The notes beneath the pieces are model-generated. The model saw only the letters and a list, made by a program, of their open reading frames with translations. It made no database searches and was not told where the DNA came from. From an uncultured Pelagibacteraceae bacterium (GTDB lineage Bacteria > Pseudomonadota > Alphaproteobacteria > Pelagibacterales > Pelagibacteraceae), in NCBI GenBank assembly GCA_902533445.1, contig CACALX010000003.1, positions 7,111 through 71,110 on the forward strand: a stretch of 64,000 bases of DNA. The letters run 5' to 3'. Both the position numbers and the translations under genes were made by a program. How positions within the stretch are numbered: the stretch's first letter is position 1; each line of letters opens with the position of its first letter. Positions 41,255 through 50,996 of the stretch are shown piece by piece.

Positions 41255-43324
41255 TTTAAAGTATACAAGAAGGAAATTGAAGTAGCAGGAAAGAAGATAA
41301 GTTTAGAAACAGGTAAAGTGGCAAGACAGGCAGACGGTGCAATAATCGCAACATGTGGAGAGACGGTCGTACTAGCAACAGTAGTAGGAGCAAAAAAAGT
41401 AAATCCTGATATGGATTACTTTCCATTATCTGTAAATTACCAAGAGAAATATTATGCAGCTGGAAAAATTCCAGGTGGATATTTTAAAAGAGAAGCAAGA
41501 CCAACTGAGAGTGAAACATTAATCTCTAGATTAATTGATAGACCAATCAGACCTTTGTTTCCTGATGAATTTAAAAATGAAGTACAGTTATTACCAACTG
41601 TAATTTCATACGACAAAGAAAATGAACCAGATATTTTATCAATCACTGCTTCATCGGCAGCATTAGCTATATCAGGAATGCCATTTATGGGTCCTGTAGG
41701 TGCTTCAAGAGTTGGCTTTATAGATGGAAAATATGTTTTAAACCCATCTAAAGTAGAGTTAGAAAAATCTAAATTAGATTTAGTTGTAGCAGGTACAAAA
41801 GATGCTGTGCTTATGGTTGAGTCAGAAGCAAGCGGTTTAACTGAAGAAGAAATGTTAAATGCAGTTAAATTTGGTCATGAAGGCATTGTTCCTGTAATTG
41901 AGATGATCGAGGAACTTGCAAAAGAATGTAGAAAACCTGAATGGACAGTTGAGAAAAAAGATTTATCTGAAGTTAAGAAAAAACTTGAAGAAACTTTTAC
42001 AGTAGATCTTGAAAAGGCTTTTGCTACAAGAGATAAGCAAGATAGATCAAATCAAATTTCTGAAATTACTGATAAAGCTAAAAAACTTTATGTGGAAGAT
42101 GAAAACTACACAGATCTTGATGTTAACAGTCAGCTAAAAAGTCTAGAAAAATCAATTGTTAGAACTGATATCCTAAAAAATAAAAATAGAATTGATGGAA
42201 GAGGTTTATCTGATGTAAGACCTATCGAGTGTGAAGTGGGTATTTTACCTAGAGCTCATGGTTCTGCATTATTTACTAGAGGTGAGACACAAGCAATTGT
42301 TGTTGCAACTCTAGGAACTTCTGATGACGAACAAAGAATTGAAAGTTTAGATGGGCTTCAGAGAGAACGATTTATGCTTCACTATAATTTTCCTCCTTTT
42401 TCAGTTGGAGAAACTGGAAGAATTGGAACTGGTAGAAGAGAAATCGGACATGGTAAATTAGCTTGGAGAGCGATTAACTCCTCATTACCAACGAAAGAGG
42501 CATTTCCATATACTTTTAGAGTAGTTTCAGAAATAACTGAGTCGAATGGTTCTTCTTCTATGGCTACTGTTTGCGGAACGTCTTTAGCGTTAATGGACGC
42601 TGGAGTGCCAATTAAAGAGCCAGTTGCAGGTATTGCAATGGGTTTAATTAAAGAAGGTGATGATTTTAGTGTCTTATCAGACATTTTAGGTGATGAAGAT
42701 CACCTAGGTGATATGGACTTTAAAGTTGCTGGAACTAAAGATGGAATTACTTCTCTTCAAATGGATATCAAAATTACAGGTATTACATTTGAAATCATGG
42801 AGCAAGCATTAAGCCAAGCTAAAGATGGAAGAATTCATATCTTAGGAGAAATGAACAAAGCATTATCAGCTTCAAGATCTGATGTTGGAAAACACACTCC
42901 AAAAATGGAACAAGTTAATGTTGATAAAAAAGACATTGCTGCTGTTATTGGAAAAGGTGGTGCAACAATCAGAGAGATAGTTGAAAAATCAGGTGCGAAA
43001 GTAGATGTAAATGATGAAGGTGTAGTAACAGTTGCTGCTCCTGATGAAGAGTCTAGAAACATCGCAATGCAAATGATCAAAGACATTACTGCAAAAGCTG
43101 AACTGAATAAAATTTATTCAGGTAAAGTAATGAAGATTATGGAATTTGGTGCATTTGTTAATTTCTTAGGAAAACAAGACGGACTTGTTCATATCTCAGA
43201 ACTTGCAGTTAAAAGAGTTGCTAAAGTAACTGATGTTGTCAAAGAAGGCGATGAGGTAAAAGTTAAAGTGATTGGTTTCGATAGAGGTAAAGTTAAACTT
43301 TCTATGAAACAAGCTGTAGAGTAA
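41252..43324 (+). CDS. pnp: Polyribonucleotide nucleotidyltransferase
   Basis: [17 protein letters not shown] and DHLGDMDFK motifs; KH and S1 domains. Confidence 0.99.
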   Translation: MFKVYKKEIEVAGKKISLETGKVARQADGAIIATCGETVVLATVVGAKKVNPDMDYFPLSVNYQEKYYAAGKIPGGYFKREARPTESETLISRLIDRPIRPLFPDEFKNEVQLLPTVISYDKENEPDILSITASSAALAISGMPFMGPVGASRVGFIDGKYVLNPSKVELEKSKLDLVVAGTKDAVLMVESEASGLTEEEMLNAVKFGHEGIVPVIEMIEELAKECRKPEWTVEKKDLSEVKKKLEETFTVDLEKAFATRDKQDRSNQISEITDKAKKLYVEDENYTDLDVNSQLKSLEKSIVRTDILKNKNRIDGRGLSDVRPIECEVGILPRAHGSALFTRGETQAIVVATLGTSDDEQRIESLDGLQRERFMLHYNFPPFSVGETGRIGTGRREIGHGKLAWRAINSSLPTKEAFPYTFRVVSEITESNGSSSMATVCGTSLALMDAGVPIKEPVAGIAMGLIKEGDDFSVLSDILGDEDHLGDMDFKVAGTKDGITSLQMDIKITGITFEIMEQALSQAKDGRIHILGEMNKALSASRSDVGKHTPKMEQVNVDKKDIAAVIGKGGATIREIVEKSGAKVDVNDEGVVTVAAPDEESRNIAMQMIKDITAKAELNKIYSGKVMKIMEFGAFVNFLGKQDGLVHISELAVKRVAKVTDVVKEGDEVKVKVIGFDRGKVKLSMKQAVE

Positions 43325-43343
43325 TAGCCTAAATTAAAATTCT

Positions 43344-43375
43344 AACCCCTGGAATGAAAGTTCCGGGGGTTTTTT
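43344..43375 (+). terminator. Intrinsic terminator of pnp
   Basis: AACCCCTGGAAT-GAAA-GTTCCGGGGGTT followed by TTTT. Confidence 0.9.
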
Positions 43376-43377
43376 GT

Positions 43378-43402
43378 GAGGCATTCGGTAACAGAACGCC
43401 TC
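43378..43402 (+). repeat. Structured 25-nt element, copy 1
   Basis: GAGGCATTCGGTAACAGAACGCCTC; 19/25 identical to 43694-43718. Confidence 0.8.
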
Positions 43403-43470
43403 TGTGACAATCATTTATAAGTTTAATTTTTTAACGAGTGCTAATTACAATTATAACAAAAGGAAAAAAT

Positions 43471-43677
43471 ATGAAAAAATTTTTAATTTTATCAATATTA
43501 ATACTTTTTTCTAACTCAGCATACGCCGGTTCATGTCCAATGATGGTCAAAAATTTGGATAGCAAAATCGAGGAAATTCAAAAAATGCGAGATGCGGGAA
43601 TGAAGGCTCATGAAGCTGGAGATCATGCAAAATCCGAAGAATTATTGAATAAAGCTTTAGAGTTAATTAAAAGTTAA
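43471..43677 (+). CDS. Small secreted helical protein (68 aa), possibly metal-binding
   Basis: AAGGA SD, signal peptide ending AYA, mature GSCPMM...AHEAGDHAKS. Confidence 0.85.
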   Translation: MKKFLILSILILFSNSAYAGSCPMMVKNLDSKIEEIQKMRDAGMKAHEAGDHAKSEELLNKALELIKS

Positions 43678-43693
43678 TAAAAAAAATAATTAA

Positions 43694-43718
43694 GGGGCAC
43701 CTGGCAACAGAACGCCCC
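43694..43718 (+). repeat. Structured 25-nt element, copy 2
   Basis: GGGGCACCTGGCAACAGAACGCCCC; stem, internal loop and GCAA tetraloop. Confidence 0.8.
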
Positions 43719-43745
43719 TAATATTTAACTAAATTTAAGTATATT

Positions 43746-44531
43746 TTACCTAATATTCTTAGGATCTGGCATCCCAACCTTGTTATATCCAGCATCTACG
43801 TAATGAATTTCACCAGTAACACCGTTTGCAAGGTCACTTAATAGATATAATGCTGAATTTCCAACATCATTAATATCTACGTTTCTTTTAAGGAAAGAAT
43901 GGTCTTCATTCCATTTAAATAGGAATTTTGCATCCCCAATAGCAGAAGCAGCCAATGTCTTGATAGGTCCAGCACTTATAGCATTTACTCTCATGCCCTT
44001 GGCACCTAAATCTCGAGCTAGATACTTAACACTAGCTTCTAAAGCTGATTTACAAACACCCATTACGTTATAATTTGGAATTGCTTTAGTAGACTCGTAA
44101 GTTAAAGTTAACAAACTTCCACCTTCTTTCATTACCTTTGAAGCCTCTTTAGCTACTTCAGTAAATGAAAAGCATGAGATTAACATACTTCTTAAAAAGT
44201 TTTCTCTAGTCGTATTTAAATATTCACCTGACAACTCTGATTTATCAGAGAAAGCAACTGCATGAACTACAAAATCAATTTCACCCCATTGAGATTTTAT
44301 ATCTTCAAATAATTTTACAACTTCTTCTTTTTTTTCAACATCACAACTAAATATAACTTTTGAAGTTAATTTTTCTGCTAAAGGAACCACTCTTTTTTTT
44401 AAAGCGTCACCTAAATATGTAAATGCAAGTTCAGCTCCAGCTTCTGAAAGTTTTTGTGAAATGCCCCAAGCAATAGATCTTTCATTGGCAACTCCCATCA
44501 CCAATCCTTTTTTACCTTTCATCAAACTCAT
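43746..44531 (-). CDS. fabI: Enoyl-ACP reductase
   Basis: GVANERSIAWG, YNVMGVCK and AGPIKTLA motifs. Confidence 0.97.
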   Translation of the reverse strand: MSLMKGKKGLVMGVANERSIAWGISQKLSEAGAELAFTYLGDALKKRVVPLAEKLTSKVIFSCDVEKKEEVVKLFEDIKSQWGEIDFVVHAVAFSDKSELSGEYLNTTRENFLRSMLISCFSFTEVAKEASKVMKEGGSLLTLTYESTKAIPNYNVMGVCKSALEASVKYLARDLGAKGMRVNAISAGPIKTLAASAIGDAKFLFKWNEDHSFLKRNVDINDVGNSALYLLSDLANGVTGEIHYVDAGYNKVGMPDPKNIR

Positions 44532-44533
44532 GA

Positions 44534-45745
44534 TTATACTCTCTCAAAAATTAGAGCAGCATTAGTTCCACCGAAACCAAAACTATTAGACATCACCGTA
44601 TTTAAATTTGCTCCTGTCTCGGTTTTAGCAACTATAGGAAACTCTTTAGCCTCTTCATCCATTTCACTAATGTTAGCAGAACCTGCTATGAAATTATTTT
44701 TCATCATTATCAAACAGTAAATTGCTTCATGAACTGAAGCCGCACCAAGTGGATGTCCTGATAAAGATTTTGTCGAACTAATCTTTGGGATATTGTCTCC
44801 GAAAGTATTTTTAACTGCATTTAGCTCGGTGATATCTCCAACTGGAGTAGAAGTTCCATGAGTATTGATATAATCAATTTTATTTTTAGCTGTAGACTTT
44901 GCCATTTGCATACATCTTACAGCTCCTTCACCAGATGGAGCTACCATATCGTATCCATCTGAAGTTGCTCCATAACCAGTTAATTCTGCGTATATTTTAG
45001 CGCCTCGTGCTTTAGCATGTTCATATTCCTCAAGCACTAGTACACCTGCACCACCTGCAATTACAAAACCGTCTCTTGTTTTGTCATATGCTCTTGATGC
45101 TGTTTCAGGAGCATCATTATATTTTGATGATAAAGCAGTCATTGCATCAAACATTGCCGTCATTGCCCAGTGAACTTCTTCACTTCCACCTGCAAAGACA
45201 ACATTTTGTTTGCCCATTTGAATTAATTCCATTGAATTACCAATACAATGTCCACTTGTTGCACAAGCAGAACTCATTGTGTAGTTTGTTCCTTTAATTT
45301 TAAATGGAACAGCAAGTGTTGCAGATGCTGTGCTAGCCATTGTTCTTGGAACAATGAATGGTCCCATTAATTTTGGAGTTTTAGCTCTTGTTTTGTCTGC
45401 TGCTAGAATTACGTTTTCAATTGATGGACCACCAGAACCCATTACAATTCCAGTTTTAAAATTACTTACGTCACTTTCCTCTAATCCAGAGTCTTCAATA
45501 GCCTCTTTCATTGCAATATAATTGTAAGCTGAACCTGAACCCATAAATCTAATTGTTTTTCTATCGATATGATCCTCTAGTTTAATATTTGGTTTACCAT
45601 GAACATGGCTTTTTAAATTGTGCTCTTTGTATTCTTCTGCAAAAGAAATTCCTGATTTTGAATTTAATAAAGCTTGACGAACTTCTTCTTGGTTATTGCC
45701 CAAGCAGGATACTATCCCTAAACCGGTGATAACTACTCTTCTCAT
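44534..45745 (-). CDS. fabB: Beta-ketoacyl-ACP synthase I
   Basis: [16 protein letters not shown] and SNSFGFGG motifs; follows fabA. Confidence 0.96.
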   Translation of the reverse strand: MRRVVITGLGIVSCLGNNQEEVRQALLNSKSGISFAEEYKEHNLKSHVHGKPNIKLEDHIDRKTIRFMGSGSAYNYIAMKEAIEDSGLEESDVSNFKTGIVMGSGGPSIENVILAADKTRAKTPKLMGPFIVPRTMASTASATLAVPFKIKGTNYTMSSACATSGHCIGNSMELIQMGKQNVVFAGGSEEVHWAMTAMFDAMTALSSKYNDAPETASRAYDKTRDGFVIAGGAGVLVLEEYEHAKARGAKIYAELTGYGATSDGYDMVAPSGEGAVRCMQMAKSTAKNKIDYINTHGTSTPVGDITELNAVKNTFGDNIPKISSTKSLSGHPLGAASVHEAIYCLIMMKNNFIAGSANISEMDEEAKEFPIVAKTETGANLNTVMSNSFGFGGTNAALIFERV

Positions 45746-46245
45746 TATTTAAATAAACCTACCTTTAAACTCTCTGCTGAATATATTTTTTTATTATCTG
45801 CAAGCACAATTCCATTGGCAAGCCCAACAGTTGTTTCTCCAGGAGACATAATTTTCTTCATATCTATTTCATATCTTACATTTTTTACACTCTGTAAAAC
45901 TTCACCTGTAAATTTTACAGTACCCACTCCTAAAGCTCTTCCTTTTCCAGGATTTCCTAACCAACCTAGAAAAAAACCTACCAGTTGCCACATAGCATCT
46001 AAACCTAAGCATCCAGGCATAACTGGATCTTTTTTAAAATGACAATCAAAAAACCAAAGATCATCTTTAATATCTAATTCAGCTTTTAAAGAGCCTTTGT
46101 TGAAAGTTCCATTATTTTCATTAATTTCTGTTATTCTATCAAACATCAGCATCGGTGGAAGAGGTAGTTTAGCATTCCCAGGGCCAAAAAGTTCTCCATT
46201 TCCACAAGTTATCAGATCATCATAAGAGTAGGAGTTTTTTTTCAT
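45745..46245 (-). CDS. fabA: 3-hydroxydecanoyl-ACP dehydratase/isomerase
   Basis: [19 protein letters not shown] and DPVMPGCLG motifs; start moved to ATG 46245. Confidence 0.97.
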   Translation of the reverse strand: MKKNSYSYDDLITCGNGELFGPGNAKLPLPPMLMFDRITEINENNGTFNKGSLKAELDIKDDLWFFDCHFKKDPVMPGCLGLDAMWQLVGFFLGWLGNPGKGRALGVGTVKFTGEVLQSVKNVRYEIDMKKIMSPGETTVGLANGIVLADNKKIYSAESLKVGLFK

Positions 46246-46316
46246 AATTTTGAGAAACCTTAATACTTGATTTAATAGCAATATAATATATTAAAACAGT
46301 ATAATTTTATTCATAC

Positions 46317-46333
46317 ATTAGAATAATTATAAA
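46317..46333. promoter_or_regulatory. Irr box (ICE) upstream of irr
   Basis: ATTAGAA-TAA-TTATAAA versus consensus TTTAGAA-N3-TTCTAAA. Confidence 0.7.
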
Positions 46334-46338
46334 TTACT

Positions 46339-46767
46339 ATGGTAAAAAACAGCAATTTTGTTGAAAAACTCAGAGAATTAGGACTAAGACCCACTAGGCA
46401 AAGAGTTAAGATGTGTGAGGTTTTATTTAATAGAGAACATACTTTTCATTTCACAATTAATGACCTCGTTAAAATGATATCTGAGGAATTAAATGAAAAA
46501 ATATCTTTAGCAACTGTTTATAACACTGTCCATGCTTTTGAAAAAAAAGGGTATTTAAAAGAAATTTCAATTAACAGCGATAAAAGTTATTTTGATACAA
46601 ATACTTCTATACACCATCATTTTTATGATGAGGATACTAATGAGTTAATAGATTGTGGTGAAAACGATATCGATCCAGTTAATATAAAAAAAAATATTAC
46701 TGGAAAAAAAATAAATTCAGTAGAAGTTTTGGTTAAAGTTGCGAGTGATAATCAAAATCAAAAATAA
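46339..46767 (+). CDS. irr: Iron response regulator Irr (Fur family)
   Basis: GLRPTRQR, SLATVYNT and YFDTN...HHHF motifs; divergent from fabA as in other alphaproteobacteria. Confidence 0.92.
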   Translation: MVKNSNFVEKLRELGLRPTRQRVKMCEVLFNREHTFHFTINDLVKMISEELNEKISLATVYNTVHAFEKKGYLKEISINSDKSYFDTNTSIHHHFYDEDTNELIDCGENDIDPVNIKKNITGKKINSVEVLVKVASDNQNQK

Positions 46768-46796
46768 TTTAATTAAATCAATAATTTAAAATCTAC

Positions 46797-46813
46797 ATTA
46801 TAATTATTCTAAA
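46797..46813. promoter_or_regulatory. Irr box (ICE) upstream of rubrerythrin
   Basis: ATTATAA-TAA-TTCTAAA, 3 bp before a TTGACA. Confidence 0.75.
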
Positions 46814-46816
46814 CTA

Positions 46817-46846
46817 TTGACATTAAGTTATTAAGAACTATATGTT
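46817..46846 (+). promoter_or_regulatory. Sigma-70 promoter of rubrerythrin
   Basis: TTGACA-N18-TATGTT with an AAGGAG SD downstream. Confidence 0.65.
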
Positions 46847-46873
46847 CAATATTATCAATTTAAGGAGAATGAA

Positions 46874-47290
46874 ATGTCATTAAAAGGAACAAAAACAAAA
46901 GAAAATCTTGAAGCAGCATTTGCAGGTGAAAGCCAAGCAAACAGAAGATATCTTTACTTTGCTCAAAAAGCAGACATCGAAGGTTACAATGATGTAGCTT
47001 CAGTTTTTAGATCTACTGCTGAAGGTGAAACAGGTCACGCACATGGACATCTTGAGTATTTAGAAGAGGTAGGTGATCCTGCTACAGGTTTGCCGATTGG
47101 TGAAACTAAAGCTAATTTAGCTTCAGCTGTTCAAGGTGAAACTCATGAGTACACTGATATGTACCCAGGTATGGCTAAAACAGCTAGAGAAGAAGGATTT
47201 GAAGAAATTGCTGATTGGTTTGAAACTTTAGCAAAAGCTGAAAAATCTCACGCTGGTAAATTCCAAAAAACTTTAGAATCTATTAGCTAA
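46874..47290 (+). CDS. rbr: Rubrerythrin, short form without rubredoxin domain
   Basis: [27 protein letters not shown] and EKSH motifs; no C-terminal CxxC. Confidence 0.93.
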   Translation: MSLKGTKTKENLEAAFAGESQANRRYLYFAQKADIEGYNDVASVFRSTAEGETGHAHGHLEYLEEVGDPATGLPIGETKANLASAVQGETHEYTDMYPGMAKTAREEGFEEIADWFETLAKAEKSHAGKFQKTLESIS

Positions 47291-47298
47291 AAATATTT

Positions 47299-47330
47299 TT
47301 TGGTGGGCAAGAATTTTATTGCCCACTAAA
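47299..47330 (+). terminator. Hairpin after rbr (stabiliser or weak terminator)
   Basis: TTTGGTGGGCAA...TTGCCCACTAAA; no U-tract follows. Confidence 0.6.
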
Positions 47331-47356
47331 CATAATTTCAAAAAAAAATTACAAAA

Positions 47357-47455
47357 ATGATAGAGCAATTTTTACAAACTGTTAAGGATTGGTTTAATGA
47401 GCCTGTGATAATTGTTTCTATAACATTAATTATCTTTACCAATTTTATTATATGA
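47357..47455 (+). CDS. Putative 32-aa membrane peptide (not in ORF track)
   Basis: MIEQFLQTVKDWFNEPVIIVSITLIIFTNFII*; ATGA overlap with the next gene. Confidence 0.55.
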   Translation: MIEQFLQTVKDWFNEPVIIVSITLIIFTNFII

Positions 47456-48783
47456 GCAAAGAAGGAAGTTTAGACGCCCCTATAAGGCATCCGATAGATT
47501 TCGAACACCCAGATTTTACTAATCCTGAGAAATTAGACTTAGAAATGAGAAGAGTTTTTGATATTTGTCATGGCTGCAGAAGATGTTTTAATCTATGTGA
47601 CTCTTTCCCAAAACTTTTTGACATGATTGATGAGTCTAAAAATGAAGATGTAGAAAGCTTATCTAGTGATCAATTTGCTCCTGTCGTTGATGCATGTACT
47701 TTGTGTGATATGTGTTTTATGACTAAATGCCCATATGTGCCACCTCATGATTTTGATTTGGATTTTCCACATTTAATGCTGCGATATAGAACGGCTCAAA
47801 AAAAATTAGGCAAATTACCAAGCGTACCAACACAATTAGCTCAAATAGATAGAAACGCTAAAATTGGTGTTATGTTCTCTAAAATAGTTAACTGGGCATC
47901 AAATATTAAAAATAAATTAATTAGAAAAATCTTAGAATTAATTACTGGAATAGATAAAAGAGTTCAGTTACCAAAATATAACTCAGAAACTTTTTCAAAT
48001 TTTTTCAAAAAAAATAAAGATAAAATAAATTATCAAACACCTTCTAAAGATAGAAAAGTTGTTATCTACTCAACCTGTTTTGTAAATTTTAATAAAAAAA
48101 ATACAGGTGTTGCTGCTTTAAAAGTTTTAAAAAAAAATGGTGTAGAGGTTCAAGAAGCTTATCCTGGTTGTTGTGGGATGCCATTTTTAGAGCAAGCAGA
48201 TTTACCAAAAGTTGTTGAACAAGCTACAAAAGTTTCTAAGGATTTAATCGAGTGGATTGATAAAGGATATAAAGTAGTAACATTAACAGCTAGTTGTGGA
48301 TTGATGTTAAAATTCGAGTGGCCTTTGTTATTACCAAACGATGAAAAAATAAAAAAATTATCTGCAAATGTCGTGGATATTGATGAGTATGTCGTGGATA
48401 TTGCAAACAATGAGGGATTAGCAGAAGGATTAAATGAGATTGACGGTGGAGTAACCGTGCATCATGCTTGTCATGCAAGGGCACAGAACATGGGTATCAA
48501 AGCGAGAGATATGTTAAAATTGATACCAAACATTAAAATTGATGTGGTTGAAAGATGTGCAGGTCATGGAGGAACTTTTGGAGTAATGAAAGAAACTCAT
48601 GATTTAGCAAATAAAGTCGGAAGACCTACAGCTAGACAAATAAAAAATAAAAATAATAAGTATATGGCTTCTGATTGTCCTTTAGCTGGCAAACATTTAA
48701 AACAGCTAGAAGTTGATACAAATATATCTAATGATGAGGCACTACATCCTATCGAATTGATAGCCAAAAGTTATAAGTTATGA
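47452..48783 (+). CDS. Rubrerythrin-associated Fe-S oxidoreductase (GlpC/HdrD-like, CCG domains)
   Basis: CHGCRRCFNLC, CTLCDMCFMTKCPY, CCGMP, HACH and CAGHGG motifs. Confidence 0.9.
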   Translation: MSKEGSLDAPIRHPIDFEHPDFTNPEKLDLEMRRVFDICHGCRRCFNLCDSFPKLFDMIDESKNEDVESLSSDQFAPVVDACTLCDMCFMTKCPYVPPHDFDLDFPHLMLRYRTAQKKLGKLPSVPTQLAQIDRNAKIGVMFSKIVNWASNIKNKLIRKILELITGIDKRVQLPKYNSETFSNFFKKNKDKINYQTPSKDRKVVIYSTCFVNFNKKNTGVAALKVLKKNGVEVQEAYPGCCGMPFLEQADLPKVVEQATKVSKDLIEWIDKGYKVVTLTASCGLMLKFEWPLLLPNDEKIKKLSANVVDIDEYVVDIANNEGLAEGLNEIDGGVTVHHACHARAQNMGIKARDMLKLIPNIKIDVVERCAGHGGTFGVMKETHDLANKVGRPTARQIKNKNNKYMASDCPLAGKHLKQLEVDTNISNDEALHPIELIAKSYKL

Positions 48784-49379
48784 TTATGCCAAGAGAAAAA
48801 AAAGAGATACAAAAAGAAGACATCATGCCATTGGATGTCTATACAAAAAACAGAAGAGAACTTAGAAAAAGTATTGTTGATTTTAAAAAAGATAGAAGAA
48901 TTGCATTAGGTCCTTATGCAACCTTTTATTTTGAAAGTTACGAAACAATGTTAGCTCAAGTTCAAGAAATGCTATATATTGAAAAAGGTGGAGATGAACA
49001 ACTTAAAGACGAGTTGTCAGCATACAACCCTTTAATACCTAATGGTAAAGAATTAACGGCTACATTAATGTTTGAAATAGATAACCCTATATCACGTGCG
49101 GCTTTCTTAGGAAAAGTAGGCGGAATAGAAGAAAAAGTGTTTATGAAAATTAATGGAGAAAAAATAAAAGCTATACCAGAGGAAGATGTTGATAGAACAT
49201 CAACTGAAGGGAAAGCTTCTTCAGTTCAATTTATTCATTTTAATTTTACAGACGACCAAATAGCTAAATTTAAGTCTGAGGAAATAGAAGTTGAAATAGG
49301 AATTGATCATAAAGAATATTCCCATACTACTAAGTTGTCTGTTGAGAACAAAAAGTCACTTTCAGCTGACTTTAGTTAA
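48780..49379 (+). CDS. DUF3501 family protein
   Basis: QVQEML...E, AYNPLIP, ATLMFE and KASSVQF motifs; third member of the rbr module. Confidence 0.85.
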   Translation: MIMPREKKEIQKEDIMPLDVYTKNRRELRKSIVDFKKDRRIALGPYATFYFESYETMLAQVQEMLYIEKGGDEQLKDELSAYNPLIPNGKELTATLMFEIDNPISRAAFLGKVGGIEEKVFMKINGEKIKAIPEEDVDRTSTEGKASSVQFIHFNFTDDQIAKFKSEEIEVEIGIDHKEYSHTTKLSVENKKSLSADFS

Positions 49380-49816
49380 TTAAATCCCCAAATATTGTCT
49401 GTTTTAATCCAACCTTGAAATTCTCCAGAAGTTATTTCGCACCATTTTTGCTCACACTTTTCTAATATTAATAACCTCCCTTCTTTAATAAGAGCGATTG
49501 GTTTTGCAAAAGATGTGGGGTTTTTAAATAAAATTTTATCTCTGGTTGCTATTACAGAATTATTTTTTTTTAATTGAGATATATGTATCCACCCACCATT
49601 ATTTTTAAAGTCTATAATTCTTCTAAAGTTTTCTTTCTTATCTATTTGTTTTAAAGGAAGGTTAATTTTTTTGTAAACATACTTTACATCTGAGTCAAAA
49701 CTTGGACCGTACCTAACGTTTACTTTATTTTTTTTTAAAGAAACAAATATTCCATCAGCTGAACTTATTGATATTGATAAGATAAAAATTAAAATTATTC
49801 TTATAATTAATTGCAT
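49376..49816 (-). CDS. Secreted tandem SH3b-domain protein
   Basis: FVSLK...VNVRYGPS, GWIH and WC...GWIK...IWG motifs. Confidence 0.85.
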   Translation of the reverse strand: MQLIIRIILIFILSISISSADGIFVSLKKNKVNVRYGPSFDSDVKYVYKKINLPLKQIDKKENFRRIIDFKNNGGWIHISQLKKNNSVIATRDKILFKNPTSFAKPIALIKEGRLLILEKCEQKWCEITSGEFQGWIKTDNIWGFN

Positions 49817-50562
49817 AGACAGTTTTTTCTTTTTTTAATTTTTGCTTTTCTAAAATTTAAATTTAATAAATCAATAATTAAAATATAATTATTTAAACTT
49901 TGGCCTATATTTAAAATATTTTTTAAAATTTCATTAGCTTGCATTGTGCCAACTATTCCTGCCACAGTTCCCAGGATTCCTTCATATTCACAATTGAGTA
50001 TTTCATCTGATATTTTTTCCTCTTGATAAAAACATCGAAGGCATGGTTCTTTATTATTTTTGAAATTAAATGTGAAGATATGACCATCAAATTTACTTAT
50101 AGCACCAGTTATCAAAAACTTTTTATACTTTAAACTTAAATCATTAATTAGAAATTTACTTTCAAAATTATCAGTTCCATCAACAATATAATCGTAATCT
50201 TTAATAATTTTCTGAAAATTAGATTTATTTAATTTGTAATTAAAAATTTTTATTTTTGTTAAAGAATTAATGTTGTTTAATTTCTTTTTAGCTATTTTGA
50301 CTTTTTGTTGATTTAAATCTTTTTCATTGAATAAACTCTGCCTATGAATATTTGAAAGGCTTATTCGATCATGATCCACAATTCCTAATGAGCCAATCCC
50401 TGACCTAGACAAGAATTCTGCTACAGGGCACCCAAGACCACCCATGCCTATTATTAATACTTTTGCATTTGTAATTTTATTTTGACCTAAAATACCAATA
50501 TTTTTTAATATGATCTGCCTTGAAAAACGTTCGATTTGTTTTTTGTTTAATTTTTTGCTCAT
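49807..50562 (-). CDS. MoeB/ThiF family adenylyltransferase
   Basis: RFSRQI, GMGGLG, SNIHRQ, DGTDN and PCLRC motifs. Confidence 0.92.
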   Translation of the reverse strand: MSKKLNKKQIERFSRQIILKNIGILGQNKITNAKVLIIGMGGLGCPVAEFLSRSGIGSLGIVDHDRISLSNIHRQSLFNEKDLNQQKVKIAKKKLNNINSLTKIKIFNYKLNKSNFQKIIKDYDYIVDGTDNFESKFLINDLSLKYKKFLITGAISKFDGHIFTFNFKNNKEPCLRCFYQEEKISDEILNCEYEGILGTVAGIVGTMQANEILKNILNIGQSLNNYILIIDLLNLNFRKAKIKKRKNCLCN

Positions 50563-50996
50563 TTTCCTGTTGAGCCAAATCCGCCTTCGCCTCTAATTGT
50601 TTCTGGAAGCTCATCTGTTTCCTCAAAATTCATTTTTATCACTGGTGCAAGGACCATTTGAGCTATTCTGTCTTTATTGTTTATTAAAAAATCTTCTTTT
50701 CCGTGATTGTAAAGTATTACTTTTATCTCACCCCTGTAATCACTATCTATTGTTCCTGGTGTATTTAAAACACTAATATTATTTTTTGCTGCTAAACCTG
50801 ATCTAGGTCGTATTTGAATTTCATATTCATTTGAAAAAGCAACAGCAATTCCAGTTGGAACTAAACAAGAATCTTGGAATTTAAGTATAATAGGTTCTTT
50901 TATAAATGCCATAAGATCCATTCCCGAAGCCCCTTCTGTTTTGTAGGCAGGTAGCTCTATTGAAGGATCTAATTTTTTAACAAGGATTTTTGCCAT
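50559..50996 (-). CDS. dut: dUTP diphosphatase
   Basis: RPRSGLA, GTIDSDYRGE and RGEGGFGSTG motifs. Confidence 0.98.
   Translation of the reverse strand: MAKILVKKLDPSIELPAYKTEGASGMDLMAFIKEPIILKFQDSCLVPTGIAVAFSNEYEIQIRPRSGLAAKNNISVLNTPGTIDSDYRGEIKVILYNHGKEDFLINNKDRIAQMVLAPVIKMNFEETDELPETIRGEGGFGSTGK

Noticed and set aside
43436-43444. GAGTGCTAA, an exact right half of the CIRCE element, upstream of the small secreted gene
   Set aside because: The left half TTAGCACTC is absent 9 bp upstream, and no hrcA is seen in the window.
43325-43745. A complete tmRNA or tRNA gene at the twin-hairpin locus
   Set aside because: No acceptor stem, T-arm, CCA end or tag-peptide frame is visible; only the terminal-hairpin-like motif is present.
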